A stretch of 64,000 nt of DNA from Auanema rhodensis (taxonomy: Eukaryota; Animalia; Nematoda): contig OZ059900.1 in the NCBI GenBank assembly GCA_964057225.1, positions 7,254,001 to 7,318,000 of the forward strand, read 5' to 3'. Positions 28,901-43,982 of the stretch are shown here, piece by piece (positions within the stretch are counted from its first letter, which is position 1; the number at the start of each line of letters is the position of its first letter). Position numbers and translations under genes: made by a program. The notes beneath the pieces were generated by a model. The model saw only the letters and a list, made by a program, of their open reading frames with translations. It was not told the origin of the DNA and searched no databases.

Positions 28901-30060
28901 GGCCTTTTTATGCTCAAAACGCCATATATTCAACGATTTTGGGTACAAAACATGTGAAAACTGTATGTTTTGATCAGACCCTTTGAGATATGGATTTGAA
29001 ATTCAGGATTCATAAACTTTGACTATTTTCACATATATATGTCCGATTTCAACCACTTTGGTCAAAAAGGACCGAAAATATCAAGAATTATTGGTTTTTT
29101 GGGGTTTGAAGGGCATTTTGGCTGAATCAGTCAAACTTTTGATCTTAAGCATATTTTTTTTTTCTAAAACGACTAAATGTATGAAATACTGTCATAGAAT
29201 GTTCATATAGGTGTATTTTGCACGAATATCAAAACTGATTGAAATATGGGCCTTTTTATGCTCAAAACGCCATATATTCAACGATTTTGGGTACAAAACA
29301 TGTGAAAACTGTATGTTTTGATCAGACCCTTTGAGATATGGATTTGAAATTCAGGATTCATAAACTTTGACTATTTTTACATATATATGTCCAATTTTAA
29401 CCACTTTGGTCAAAAAGGACCGAAAATATCAAGAATTATTGGTTTTTTGGGGATTGAAGGGCATTTTGGCAAAATCAGTCAAACTTTTGATCTTAAGCAT
29501 ATTTTTTTCTTCTAAAACGACTAAATGTATGAAATACTGTCATAGAATGTTCATATAGGTGTATTTTGCACGAATATCAAAACTGATTGAAATATGGGCC
29601 TTTTTATGCTCAAAACGCCATATATTCAACGATTTTGGGTACAAAACATGTGAAAACTGTATGTTTTGATCAGACCCTTTGAGATATGGATTTGAAATTC
29701 AGGATTCATAAACTTTGACTATTTTTACATATATATGTTCAATTGTAACCACTTTGGTCAAAAAGGACCGAAAATATCAAGAATTATTGGTTTTTTGGGG
29801 TTTGAAGGGCATTTTGGCTAAATCAGTCAAACTTTTGATCTTAAGCATATTTTTTTCTTCTAAAACGACTAAATGTATGGAATACTGTCATAGAATGTTG
29901 ATATAGGTGTATTTTGCACGAATATCAAAACTGATTGAAATATGGGCCTTTTTATGTTCAAAACGCCATATATTCAACGATTTTGGGTACAAAACATGTG
30001 AAAACTGTATGTTTTGATCAGACCCTTTGAGATATGGATTTGAAATTCAGGATTCATAAA
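23000..30060. repeat. Complete tandem duplication of a 10-monomer (3480-bp) unit
   Basis: Private variants aaaaaagacc, gcactaatatcg, acgaccaaa and atgttgaaaac each recur exactly 3480 bp later. Confidence 0.93.
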
Positions 30061-32846
30061 CTTTGACTATTTTTACATATATATGTCCAATTTTAACCAC
30101 TATGGTCAAAAAGGACCGAAAATATCAAGAATTATTGGTTTTTTGGGGTTTGAAGGGCATTTTGGCAAAATCAGTCAAACTTTTGATCTTAAGCATATTT
30201 TTTTCTTCTAAAACGACTAAATGTATGAAATACTGTCATAGAATGTTCATATAGGTGTATTTTGCACGAATATCAAAACTGATTGAAATATGGGCCTTTT
30301 TATGCTCAAAACGCCATATATTCAACGATTTTGGGTACAAAACATGTGAAAACTGTATGTTTTGATCAGACCCTTTGAGATATGGATTTGAAATTCAGGA
30401 TTCATAAACTTTGACTATTTTTACATATATATGTCCAATTTCAACCACTTTGGTCAAAAAGGACCGAAAATATCAAGAATTATTGGTTTTTTGGGGTTTG
30501 AAGGGCATTTTGGCTGAATCAGTCAAACTTTTGATCTTAAGCATATTTTTTTTTTCTAAAACGACTAAATGTATGAAATACTGTCATAGAATGTTCATAT
30601 AGGTGAATTTTGCACGAATATCAAAACTGATTGAAATATGGGCCTTTTTATGTTCAAAACGCCATATATTCAACGATTTTGGGTACAAAACATGTGAAAA
30701 CTGTATGTTTTGATCAGACCCTTTGAGATATGGATTTGAAATTCAGGATTCATAAACTTTGACTATTTTTACATATATATGTTCAATTTTAACCACTTTG
30801 GTCAAAAAGGACCGAAAATATCAAGAATTATTGGTTTTTTGGGGTTTGAAGGGCATTTTGGCTAAATCAGTCAAACTTTTGATCGTAAGCATATTTTTTT
30901 CTTCTAAAACGACTAAATGTATGAAATACTGTCATAGAATGTTCATATAGGTGTATTTTGCACGAATATCAAAACTGATTGAAATATGGGCCTTTTTATG
31001 CTCAAAACGCCATATATTCAACGATTTTGGGTACAAAACATGTGAAAACTGTATGTTTTGATCAGACCCTTTGAGATATGGATTTGAAATTCAGGATTCA
31101 TAAACTTTGACTATTTTTACATATATATGTCCAATTTTAACCACTTTGGTCAAAAAGGACCGAAAATATCGAGAATTATTGGTTTTTTGGGGTTTGAAGG
31201 GCATTTTGGCAAAATCAGTCAAACTTTTGATCTTAAGCATATTTTTTTCTTCTAAAACGACTAAATGTATGAAATACTGTCGAAGAATGTTCATATAGGT
31301 GTATTTTGCACGAATATCAAAACTGATTGAAATATGGGCCTTTTTATGCTCAAAACGCCATATATTCAACGATTTTGGGTACAAAACATGTGAAAACTGT
31401 ATGTTTTGATCAGACCCTTTGAGATATGGATTTAAAATTCAGGATTCATAAAATTCGACTATTTTTACATATATATGTCCAATTTTAACCACTTTGGTCA
31501 AAAAGGACCGAAAATATCAAGAATTATTGGTTTTTTGGGGTTTGAAGGGCATTTTGGCAAAATCAGTCAAACTTTTGATCTTAAGCATATTTTTTTTTTC
31601 TAAAACGACTAAATGTATGAAATACTGTCATAGAATGTTCATATAGGTGTATTTTGCACGAATATCAAAACTGATTGAAATATGGGCCTTTTTATGCTCA
31701 AAACGCCATATATTCAACGATTTTGGGTACAAAACATGTGAAAACTGTATGTTTTGATCAGACCCTTTGAGATATGGATTTGAAATTCAGGATTCATAAA
31801 CTTCGACTATTTCTACATATATATGTCCAATTTTAACCACTTTGGTCAAAAAGGACCGAAAATATCAAGAATTATTGGTTTTTTGGGGTTTGAAGGGCAT
31901 TTTGGCAAAATCAGTCAAACTTTTGATCTTAAGCATATTTTTTTTTTCTAAAACGACTAAATGTATGAAATACTGTCAAAGAATGTTCATATAGGTGTAT
32001 TTTGCACGAATATCAAAACTGATTGAAATATGGGCCTTTTTATGCTCAAAACGCCATATATTCAACGATTTTGGGTACGAAACATGTGAAAACTGTATGT
32101 TTTGATCAGACCCTTTGAGATATGGATTTGAAATTCAGGATTCATAAACTTTGACTATTTTTACATATATATGTCCAATTTTAACCACTTTGGTCAAAAA
32201 GGACCGAAAATATCAAGAATTATTGGTTTTTTGGGGTTTGAAGGGCATTTTGGCAAAATCAGTCAAACTTTTGATCTTAAGCATATTTTTTTCTTCTAAA
32301 ACGACTAAATGTATGAAATACTGTCATAGAATGTTCATATAGGTGTATTTTGCACGAATATCAAAACTGATTGAAATATGGGCCTTTTTATGTTCAAAAC
32401 GCCATATATTCAACGATTTTGGGTACAAAACATGTGAAAACTGTATGTTTTGATCAGACCCTTTGAGATATGGATTTGGAATTCAGGATTCATAAACTTT
32501 GACTATTTTTACATATATATGTTCAATTTTAACCACTTTGGTCAAAAAGGACCGAAAATATCAAGAATTATTGGTTTTTTGGGGTTTGAAGGGCATTTTG
32601 GCTAAATCAGTCAAACTTTTGATCTTAAGCATATTTTTTTCTTCTAAAACGACTAAATGTATGAAATACTGTCATAGAATGTTCATATAGGTGTATTTTG
32701 TACGAATATCAAAACTGATTGAAATATGGGCCTTTTTATGCTCAAAACGCCATATATTCAACGATTTTGGGTACAAAACATGTGAAAACTGTATGTTTTG
32801 ATCAGACCCTTTGAGATATGGATTTGAAATTCAGGATTCATAAACT

Positions 32847-35630
32847 TTGACTATTTTTACATATATATGTCCAATTTTAACCACTTTGGTCAAAAAGGAC
32901 CGAAAATATCAAGAATTATTGGTTTTTTGGGGTTTGAAGGACATTTTGGCTAAATCAGTCAAACTTTTGATCTTAAGCATATTTTTTTCTTCTAAAACGA
33001 CTAAATGTATGAAATACTGTCATAGAATGTTCATATAGGTGTATTTTGCACGAATATCAAAACTGATTGAAATATGGGCCTTTTTATGCTCAAAACGCCA
33101 TATATTCAACGATTTTGGGTACAAAACATGTGAAAACTGTATGTTTTGATCAGACCCTTTGAGATATGGATTTGAAATTCAGGATTCATAAACTTTGACT
33201 ATTTTCACATATATATGTCCAATTTCAACCACTTTGGTCAAAAAGGACCGAAAATATCAAGAATTATTGGTTTTTTGGGGTTTGAAGGGCATTTTGGCTG
33301 AATCAGTCAAACTTTTGATCTTAAGCATATTTTTTTTTTCTAAAACGACTAAATGTATGAAATACTGTCATAGAATGTTCATATAGGTGTATTTTGCACG
33401 AATATCAAAACTGATTGAAATATGGGCCTTTTTATGCTCAAAACGCCATATATTCAACGATTTTGGGTACAAAACATGTGAAAACTGTATGTTTTGATCA
33501 GACCCTTTGAGATATGGATTTGAAATTCAGGATTCATAAACTTTGACTATTTTTACATATATATGTTCAATTGTAACCACTTTGGTCAAAAAGGACCGAA
33601 AATATCAAGAATTATTGGTTTTTTGGGGTTTGAAGGGCATTTTGGCTAAATCAGTCAAACTTTTGATCTTAAGCATATTTTTTTCTTCTAAAACGACTAA
33701 ATGTATGAAATACTGTCGAAGAATGTTCATATAGGTGTATTTTGCACGAATATCAAAACTGATTGAAATATGGGCCTTTTTATGCTCAAAACGCCATATA
33801 TTCAACGATTTTGGGTACAAAACATGTGAAAACTGTATGTTTTGATCAGACCCTTTGAGATATGGATTTGAAATTCAGGATTCATAAACTTTGACTATTT
33901 TTACATATATATGTTCAATTGTAACCACTTTGGTCAAAAAGGACCGAAAATATCAAGAATTATTGGTTTTTTGGGGTTTGAAGGGCATTTTGGCTAAATC
34001 AGTCAAACTTTTGATCTTAAGCATATTTTTTTCTTCTAAAACGACTAAATGTATGAAATACTGTCATAGAATGTTGATATAGGTGTATTTTGCACGAATA
34101 TCAAAACTGATTGAAATATGGGCCTTTTTATGCTCAAAACGCCATATATTCAACGATTTTGGGTACAAAACATGTGAAAACTGTATGTTTTGATCAGACC
34201 CTTTGAGATATGGATTTGAAATTCAGGATTCATAAACTTTGACTATTTTTACATATATATGTCCAATTTTAACCACTTTGGTCAAAAAGGACCGAAAATA
34301 TCAAGAATTATTGGTTTTTTGGGGTTTGAAGGACATTTTGGCTAAATCAGTCAAACTTTTGATCTTAAGCATATTTTTTTCTTCTAAAACGACTAAATGT
34401 ATGAAATACTGTCATAGAATGTTCATATAGGTGTATTTTGCACGAATATCAAAACTGATTGAAATATGGGCCTTTTTATGCTCAAAACGCCATATATTCA
34501 ACGATTTTGGGTACAAAACATGTGAAAACTGTATGTTTTGATCAGACCCTTTGAGATATGGATTTGAAATTCAGGATTCATAAACTTTGACTATTTTCAC
34601 ATATATATGTCCAATTTCAACCACTTTGGTCAAAAAGGACCGAAAATATCAAGAATTATTGGTTTTTTGGGGTTTGAAGGGCATTTTGGCTGAATCAGTC
34701 AAACTTTTGATCTTAAGCATATTTTTTTTTTCTAAAACGACTAAATGTATGAAATACTGTCATAGAATGTTCATATAGGTGTATTTTGCACGAATATCAA
34801 AACTGATTGAAATATGGGCCTTTTTATGCTCAAAACGCCATATATTCAACGATTTTGGGTACAAAACATGTGAAAACTGTATGTTTTGATCAGACCCTTT
34901 GAGATATGGATTTGAAATTCAGGATTCATAAACTTTGACTATTTTTACATATATATGTTCAATTGTAACCACTTTGGTCAAAAAGGACCGAAAATATCAA
35001 GAATTATTGGTTTTTTGGGGTTTGAAGGGCATTTTGGCTAAATCAGTCAAACTTTTGATCTTAAGCATATTTTTTTATTCTAAAACGACTAAATGTATGA
35101 AATACTGTCGAAGAATGTTCATATAGGTGTATTTTGCACGAATATCAAAACTGATTGAAATATGGGCCTTTTTATGCTCAAAACGCCATATATTCAACGA
35201 TTTTGGGTACAAAACATGTGAAAACTGTATGTTTTGATCAGACCCTTTGAGATATGGATTTGAAATTCAGGATTCATAAACTTTGACTATTTTTACATAT
35301 ATATGTTCAATTGTAACCACTTTGGTCAAAAAGGACCGAAAATATCAAGAATTATTGGTTTTTTGGGGTTTGAAGGGCATTTTGGCTAAATCAGTCAAAC
35401 TTTTGATCTTAAGCATATTTTTTTCTTCTAAAACGACTAAATGTATGAAATACTGTCATAGAATGTTGATATAGGTGTATTTTGCACGAATATCAAAACT
35501 GATTGAAATATGGGCCTTTTTATGTTCAAAACGCCATATATTCAACGATTTTGGGTACAAAACATGTGAAAACTGTATGTTTTGATCAGACCCTTTGAGA
35601 TATGGATTTGAAATTCAGGATTCATAAACT
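32847..35630. repeat. Tandem duplication of a 4-monomer (1392-bp) unit
   Basis: The order ggacat; tttcaacc+gctgaat; ttgtaac+gtcgaag; ttgtaac+gttgata occurs at 32847-34238 and again at 34239-35630. Confidence 0.88.
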
Positions 35631-38600
35631 TTGACTATTTTTTCATATATATGTTCAATTTTAACCACTTTGGTCAAAAAGGACCGAAAATATCAAGAAT
35701 TATTGGTTTTTTGGGGTTTGAAGGGCATTTTGGCTGAATCAGTCAAACTTTTGATCTTAAGCATATTTTTTTTTTCTAAAACGACTAAATGTATGAAATA
35801 CTGTCATAGAATGTTCATATAGGTGTATTTTGCACGAATATCAAAACTGATTGAAATATGGGCCTTTTTATGCTCAAAACGCCATATATTCAACGATTTT
35901 GGGTACAAAACATGTGAAAACTGTATGTTTTGATCAGACCCTTTGAGATATGGATTTGAAATTCAGGATTCATAAACTTTGACTATTTTTACATATATAT
36001 GTTCAATTGTAACCACTTTGGTCAAAAAGGACCGAAAATATCAAGAATTATTGGTTTTTTGGGGTTTGAAGGGCATTTTGGCTAAATCAGTCAAACTTTT
36101 GATCTTAAGCATATTTTTTTCTTCTAAAACGACTAAATGTATGAAATACTGTCATAGAATGTTGATATAGGTGTATTTTGTACGAATATCAAAACTGATT
36201 GAAATATGGGCCTTTTTATGCTCAAAACGCCATATATTCAACGATTTTGGGTACAAAACATGTGAAAACTGTATGTTTTGATCAGACCCTTTGAGATATG
36301 GATTTGAAATTCAGGATTCATAAACTTTGACTATTTTTACATATATATGTCCAATTTTAACCACTTTGGTCAAAAAGGACCGAAAATATCAAGAATTATT
36401 GGTTTTTTGGGGTTTGAAGGACATTTTGGCTAAATCAGTCAAACTTTTGATCTTAAGCATATTTTTTTCTTCTAAAACGACTAAATGTATGAAATACTGT
36501 CATAGAATGTTCATATAGGTGTATTTTGCACGAATATCAAAACTGATTGAAATATGGGCCTTTTTATGCTCAAAACGCCATATATTCAACGATTTTGGGT
36601 ACAAAACATGTGAAAACTGTATGTTTTGATCAGACCCTTTGAGATATGGATTTGAAATTCAGGATTCATAAACTTTGACTATTTTCACATATATATGTCC
36701 AATTTCAACCACTTTGGTCAAAAAGGACCGAAAATATCAAGAATTATTGGTTTTTTGGGGTTTGAAGGGCATTTTGGCTGAATCAGTCAAACTTTTGATC
36801 TTAAGCATATTTTTTTTTTCTAAAACGACTAAATGTATGAAATACTGTCATAGAATGTTCATATAGGTGTATTTTGCACGAATATCAAAACTGATTGAAA
36901 TATGGGCCTTTTTATGCTCAAAACGCCATATATTTAACGATTTTGGGTACAAAACATGTGAAAACTGTATGTTTTGATCAGACCCTTTGAGATATGGATT
37001 TGAAATTCAGGATTCATAAACTTTGACTATTTTTACATATATATGTTCAATTGTAACCACTTTGGTCAAAAAGGACCGAAAATATCAAGAATTATTGGTT
37101 TTTTGGGGTTTGAAGGGCATTTTGGCTAAATCAGTCAAACTTTTGATCTTAAGCATATTTTTTTCTTCTAAAACGACTAAATGTATGAAATACTGTCATA
37201 GAATGTTGATATAGGTGTATTTTGCACGAATATCAAAACTGATTGAAATATGGGCCTTTTTATGTTCAAAACGCCATATATTCAACGATTTTGGGTACAA
37301 AACATGTGAAAACTGTATGTTTTGATCAGACCCTTTGAGATATGGATTTGAAATTCAGGATTCATAAACTTTGACTATTTTTACATATATATGTTCAATT
37401 TTAACCACTATGGTCAAAAAGGACCGAAAATATCAAGAATTATTGGTTTTTTGGGGTTTGAAGGGCATTTTGGCAAAATCAGTCAAACTTTTGATCTTAA
37501 GCATATTTTTTTCTTCTAAAACGACTAAATGTATGAAATACTGTCATAGAATGTTCATATAGGTGTATTTTGCACGAATATCAAAACTGATTGAAATATG
37601 GGCCTTTTTATGCTCAAAACGCCATATATTCAACGATTTTGGGTACAAAACATGTGAAAACTGTATGTTTTGATCAGACCCTTTGAGATATGGATTTGAA
37701 ATTCAGGATTCATAAACTTTGACTATTTTCACATATATATGTCCAATTTCAACCACTTTGGTCAAAAAGGACCGAAAATATCAAGAATTATTGGTTTTTT
37801 GGGGTTTGAAGGGCATTTTGGCTGAATCAGTCAAACTTTTGATCTTAAGCATATTTTTTTTTTCTAAAACGACTAAATGTATGAAATACTGTCATAGAAT
37901 GTTCATATAGGTGTATTTTGCACGAATATCAAAACTGATTGAAATATGGGCCTTTTTATGCTCAAAACGCCATATATTCAACGATTTTGGGTACAAAACA
38001 TGTGAAAACTGTATGTTTTGATCAGACCCTTTGAGATATGGATTTGAAATTCAGGATTCATAAACTTTGACTATTTTTACATAAATATGTTCAATTGTAA
38101 CCACTTTGGTCAAAAAGGACCGAAAATATCAAGAATTTTTGGTTTTTTGGGGTTTGAAGGGCATTTTGGCTAAATCAGTCAAACTTTTGATCTTAAGCAT
38201 ATTTTTTTCTTCTAAAACGACTAAATGTATGAAATACTGTCATAGAATGTTGATATAGGTGTATTTTGCACGAATATCAAAACTGATTGAAATATGGGCC
38301 TTTTTATGCTCAAAACGCCATATATTCAACGATTTTGGGTACAAAACATGTGAAAACTGTATGTTTTGATCAGACCCTTTGAGATATGGATTTGGAATTC
38401 AGGATTCATAAACTTTGACTATTTTTACATATATATGTTCAATTTTAACCACTTTGGTCAAAAAGGACCGAAAATATCAAGAATTATTGGTTTTTTGGGG
38501 TTTGAAGGGCATTTTGGCTAAATCAGTCAAACTTTTGATCTTAAGCATATTTTTTTCTTCTAAAACGACTAAATGTATGAAATACTGTCATAGAATGTTC

Positions 38601-41600
38601 ATATAGGTGTATTTTGCACGAATATCAAAACTGATTGAAATATGGGCCTTTTTATGCTCAAAACGCCATATATTCAACGATTTTGGGTACAAAACATGTG
38701 AAAACTGTATGTTTTGATCAGACCCTTTGAGATATGGATTTGAAATTCAGGATTCATAAACTTTGACTATTTTTACATATATATGTCCAATTTTAACCAC
38801 TTTGGTCAAAAAGGACCGAAAATATCAAGAATTATTGGTTTTTTGGGGTTTGAAGGACATTTTGGCTAAATCAGTCAAACTTTTGATCTTAAGCATATTT
38901 TTTTCTTCTAAAACGACTAAATGTATGAATTACTGTCATAGAATGTTCATATAGGTGTATTTTGCACGAATATCAAAACTGATTGAAATATGGGCCTTTT
39001 TATGTTCAAAACGCCATATATTCAACGATTTTGGGTACAAAACATGTGAAAACTGTATGTTTTGATCAGACCCTTTGAGATATGGATTTGAAATTCAGGA
39101 TTCATAAACTTTGACTATTTTTACATATATATGTCCAATTTTAACCACTTTGGTCAAAAAGGACCGAAAATATCAAGAATTATTGGTTTTTTGGGGATTG
39201 AAGGGCATTTTGGCAAAATCAGTCAAACTTTTGATCTTAAGCATATTTTTTTCTTCTAAAACGACTAAATGTATGAAATACTGTCATAGAATGTTCATAT
39301 AGGTGTATTTTGCACGAATATCAAAACTGATTGAAATATGGGCCTTTTTATGCTCAAAACGCCATATATTCAACGATTTTGGGTTCAAAACATGTGAAAA
39401 CTGTATGTTTTGATCAGACCCTTTGAGATATGGATTTGAAATTCAGGATTCATAAACTTTGACTATTTTTACATATATATGTCCAATTTTAACCACTTTG
39501 GTCAAAAAGGACCGAAAATATCAAGAATTATTGGTTTTTTGGGGTTTGAAGGGCATTTTGGCTAAATCAGTCAAACTTTTGATCTTAAGCATATTTTTTT
39601 CTTCTAAAACGACTAAATGTATGAAATACTGTCATAGAATGTTCATATAGGTGTATTTTGCACGAATATCAAAACTGATTGAAATATGGGCCTTTTTATG
39701 CTCAAAACGCCATATATTCAACGATTTTGGGTTCAAAACATGTGAAAACTGTATGTTTTGATCAGACCCTTTGAGATATGGATTTGAAATTCAGGATTCA
39801 TAAACTTTGACTATTTTTACATATATATGTTCAATTTTAACCACTTTGGTCAAAAAGGACCGAAAATATCAAGAATTATTGGTTTTTTGGGGTTTGAAGG
39901 GCATTTTGGCTAAATCAGTCAAACTTTTGATCTTAAGCATATTTTTTTCTTCTAAAACGACTAAATGTATGAAATACTGTCATAGAATGTTGATATAGGT
40001 GTATTTTGCACGAATATCAAAACTGATTGAAATATGGGCCTTTTTATGTTCAAAACGCCATATATTCAACGATTTTGGGTACAAAACATGTGAAAACTGT
40101 ATGTTTTGATCAGACCCTTTGAGATATGGATTTGAAATTCAGGATTCATAAACTTTGACTATTTTTACATATATATGTCCAATTTTAACCACTTTGGTCA
40201 AAAAGGACCGAAAATATCAAGAATTATTGGTTTTTTGGGGTTTGAAGGACATTTTGGCTAAATCAGTCAAACTTTTGATCTTAAGCATATTTTTTTCTTC
40301 TAAAACGACTAAATGTATGAAATACTGTCATAGAATGTTCATATAGGTCTATTTTGCACGAATATCAAAACTGATTGAAATATGGGCCTTTTTATGTTCA
40401 AAACGCCATATATTCAACGATTTTGGGTACAAAACATGTGAAAACTGTATGTTTTGATCAGACCCTTTGAGATATGGATTTGAAATTCAGGATTCATAAA
40501 CTTTGACTATTTCTACATATATATGTCCAATTTTAACCACTTTGGTCAAAAAGGACCGAAAATATCAAGAATTATTGGTTTTTTGGGGATTGAAGGGCAT
40601 TTTGGCAAAATCAGTCAAACTTTTGATCTTAAGCATATTTTTTTCTTCTAAAACGACTAAATGTATGAAATACTGTCATAGAATGTTCATATAGGTGTAT
40701 TTTGCACGAATATCAAAACTGATTGAAATATGGGCCTTTTTATGCTCAAAACGCCATATATTCAACGATTTTGGGTACAAAACATGTGAAAACTGTATGT
40801 TTTGATCAGACCCTTTGAGATATGGATTTGAAATTCAGGATTCATAAACTTTGACTATTTTTACATATATATGTTCAATTTTAACCACTTTGGTCAAAAA
40901 GGACCGAAAATATCAAGAATTATTGGTTTTTTGGGGTTTGAAGGGCATTTTGGCTAAATCAGTCAAACTTTTAATCTTAAGCATATTTTTTTCTTCTAAA
41001 ACGACTAAATGTATGAAATACTGTCATAGAATGTTCATATAGGTGTATTTTGCACGAATATCAAAACTGATTGAAATATGGGCCTTTTTATGCTCAAAAC
41101 GCCATATATTCAACGATTTTGGGTTCAAAACATGTGAAAACTGTATGTTTTGATCAGACCCTTTGAGATATGGATTTGAAATTCAGGATTCATAAACTTT
41201 GACTATTTTTACATATATTTGTTCAATTTTAACCACTTTGGTCAAAAAGGACCGAAAATATCAAGAATTATTGGTTTTTTGGGGTTTGAAGGGCATTTTG
41301 GCTAAATCAGTCAAACTTTTGATCTTAAGCATATTTTTTTCTTCTAAAACGACTAAATGTATGAAATACTGTCATAGAATGTTCATATAGGTGTATTTTG
41401 CACGAATATCAAAACTGATTGAAATATGGGCCTTTTTATGCTCAAAACGCCATATATTCAACGATTTTGGGTACAAAACATGTGAAAACTGTATGTTTTG
41501 ATCAGACCCTTTGAGATATGGATTTGAAAGTCAGGATTCATAAACTTTGACTATTTTTACATATATATGTCCAATTTTAACCACTTTGGTCAAAAAGGAC

Positions 41601-43982
41601 CGAAAATATCAAGAATTATTGGTTTTTTGGGGATTGAAGGGCATTTTGGCAAAATCAGTCAAACTTTTGATCTTAAGCATATTTTTTTCTTCTAAAACGA
41701 CTAAATGTATGAAATACTGTCATAGAATGTTCAAATAGGTGTATTTTGCACGAATATCAAAACTGATTGAAATATGGGCCTTTTTATGCTCAAAACGCCA
41801 TATATTCAACGATTTTGGGTTCAAAACATGTGAAAACTGTATGTTTTGATCAGACCCTTTGAGATATGGATTTGAAATTCAGGATTCATAAACTTTGACT
41901 ATTTTTACATATATATGTTCAATTTTAACCACTTTGGTCAAAAAGGACCGAAAATATCAAGAATTATTGGTTTTTTGGGGTTTGAAGGGCATTTTGGCTA
42001 AATCAGTCAAACTTTTGATCTTAAGCATATTTTTTTCTTCTAAAACGACTAAATGCATGAAATACTGTCATAGAATGTTCATATAGGTGTATTTTGCACG
42101 AATATCAAAACTGATTGAAATATGGGCCTTTTTATGCTCAAAACGTCATATATTCAACGATTTTGGGTACAAAACATGTGAAAACTGTATGTTTTGATCA
42201 GACCCTTTGAGATATGGATTTGAAATTCAGGATTCATTAACTTCGACTATTTCTACATATATATGTCCAATTTTAACCACTTTGGTCAAAAAGGACCGAA
42301 AATATCGAGAATTATTGGTTTTTTGGGGTTTGAAGGGCATTTTGGCAAAATCAGTCAAACTTTTGATCTTAAGCATATTTTTTTCTTCTAAAACGACTAA
42401 ATGTATGAAATACTGTCGAAGAATGTTCATATAGGTGTATTTTGCACGAATATCAAAACTGATTGAAATATGGGCCTTTTTATGCTCAAAACGCCATATA
42501 TTCAACGATTTTGGGTACAAAACATGTGAAAACTGTATGTTTTGATCAGACCCTTTGAGATATGGATTTGAAATTCAGGATTCATAAACTTTGACTATTT
42601 TTACATATATATGTCCAATTTTAACCACTTTGGTCAAAAAGGACCGAAAATATCAAGAATTATTGGTTTTTTGGGGATTGAAGGGCATTTTGGCAAAATC
42701 AGTCAAACTTTTGATCTTAAGCATATTTTTTTCTTCTAAAACGACTAAATGTATGAAATACTGTCATAGAATGTTCATATAGGTGTATTTTGCACGAATA
42801 TCAAAACTGATTGAAATATGGGCCTTTTTATGTTCAAAACGCCATATATTCAACGATTTTGGGTACAAAACATGTGAAAACTGTATGTTTTGATCAGACC
42901 CTTTGAGATATGGATTTGAAATTCAGGATTCATAAACTTTGACTATTTTTACATATATATGTCCAATTTTAACCACTTTGGTCAAAAAGGACCGAAAATA
43001 TCAAGAATTATTGGTTTTTTGGGGATTGAAGGGCATTTTGGCAAAATCAGTCAAACTTTTGATCTTAAGCATATTTTTTTCTTCTAAAACGACTAAATGT
43101 ATGAAATACTGTCATAGAATGTTCAAATAGGTGTATTTTGCACGAATATCAAAACTGATTGAAATATGGGCCTTTTTATGCTCAAAACGCCATATATTCA
43201 ACGATTTTGGGTTCAAAACATGTGAAAACTGTATGTTTTGATCAGACCCTTTGAGATATGGATTTGAAATTCAGGATTCATAAACTTTGACTATTTTTAC
43301 ATATATATGTTCAATTTTAACCACTTTGGTCAAAAAGGACCGAAAATATCAAGAATTATTGGTTTTTTGGGGTTTGAAGGGCATTTTGGCTAAATCAGTC
43401 AAACTTTTGATCTTAAGCATATTTTTTTCTTCTAAAACGACTAAATGTATGAAATACTGTCATAGAATGTTGATATAGGTGTATTTTGCACGAATATCAA
43501 AACTGATTGAAATATGGGCCTTTTTATGTTCAAAACGCCATATATTCAACGATTTTGGGTACAAAACATGTGAAAACTGTATGTTTTGATCAGACCCTTT
43601 GAGATATGGATTTGAAATTCAGGATTCATAAACTTTGACTATTTTTACATATATATGTCCAATTTTAACCACTTTGGTCAAAAAGGACCGAAAATATCAA
43701 GAATTATTGGTTTTTTGGGGTTTGAAGGACATTTTGGCTAAATCAGTCAAACTTTTGATCTTAAGCATATTTTTTTCTTCTAAAACGACTAAATGTATGA
43801 AATACTGTCATAGAATGTTCATATAGGTCTATTTTGCACGAATATCAAAACTGATTGAAATATGGGCCTTTTTATGTTCAAAACGCCATATATTCAACGA
43901 TTTTGGGTACAAAACATGTGAAAACTGTATGTTTTGATCAGACCCTTTGAGATATGGATTTGAAATTCAGGATTCATAAACT

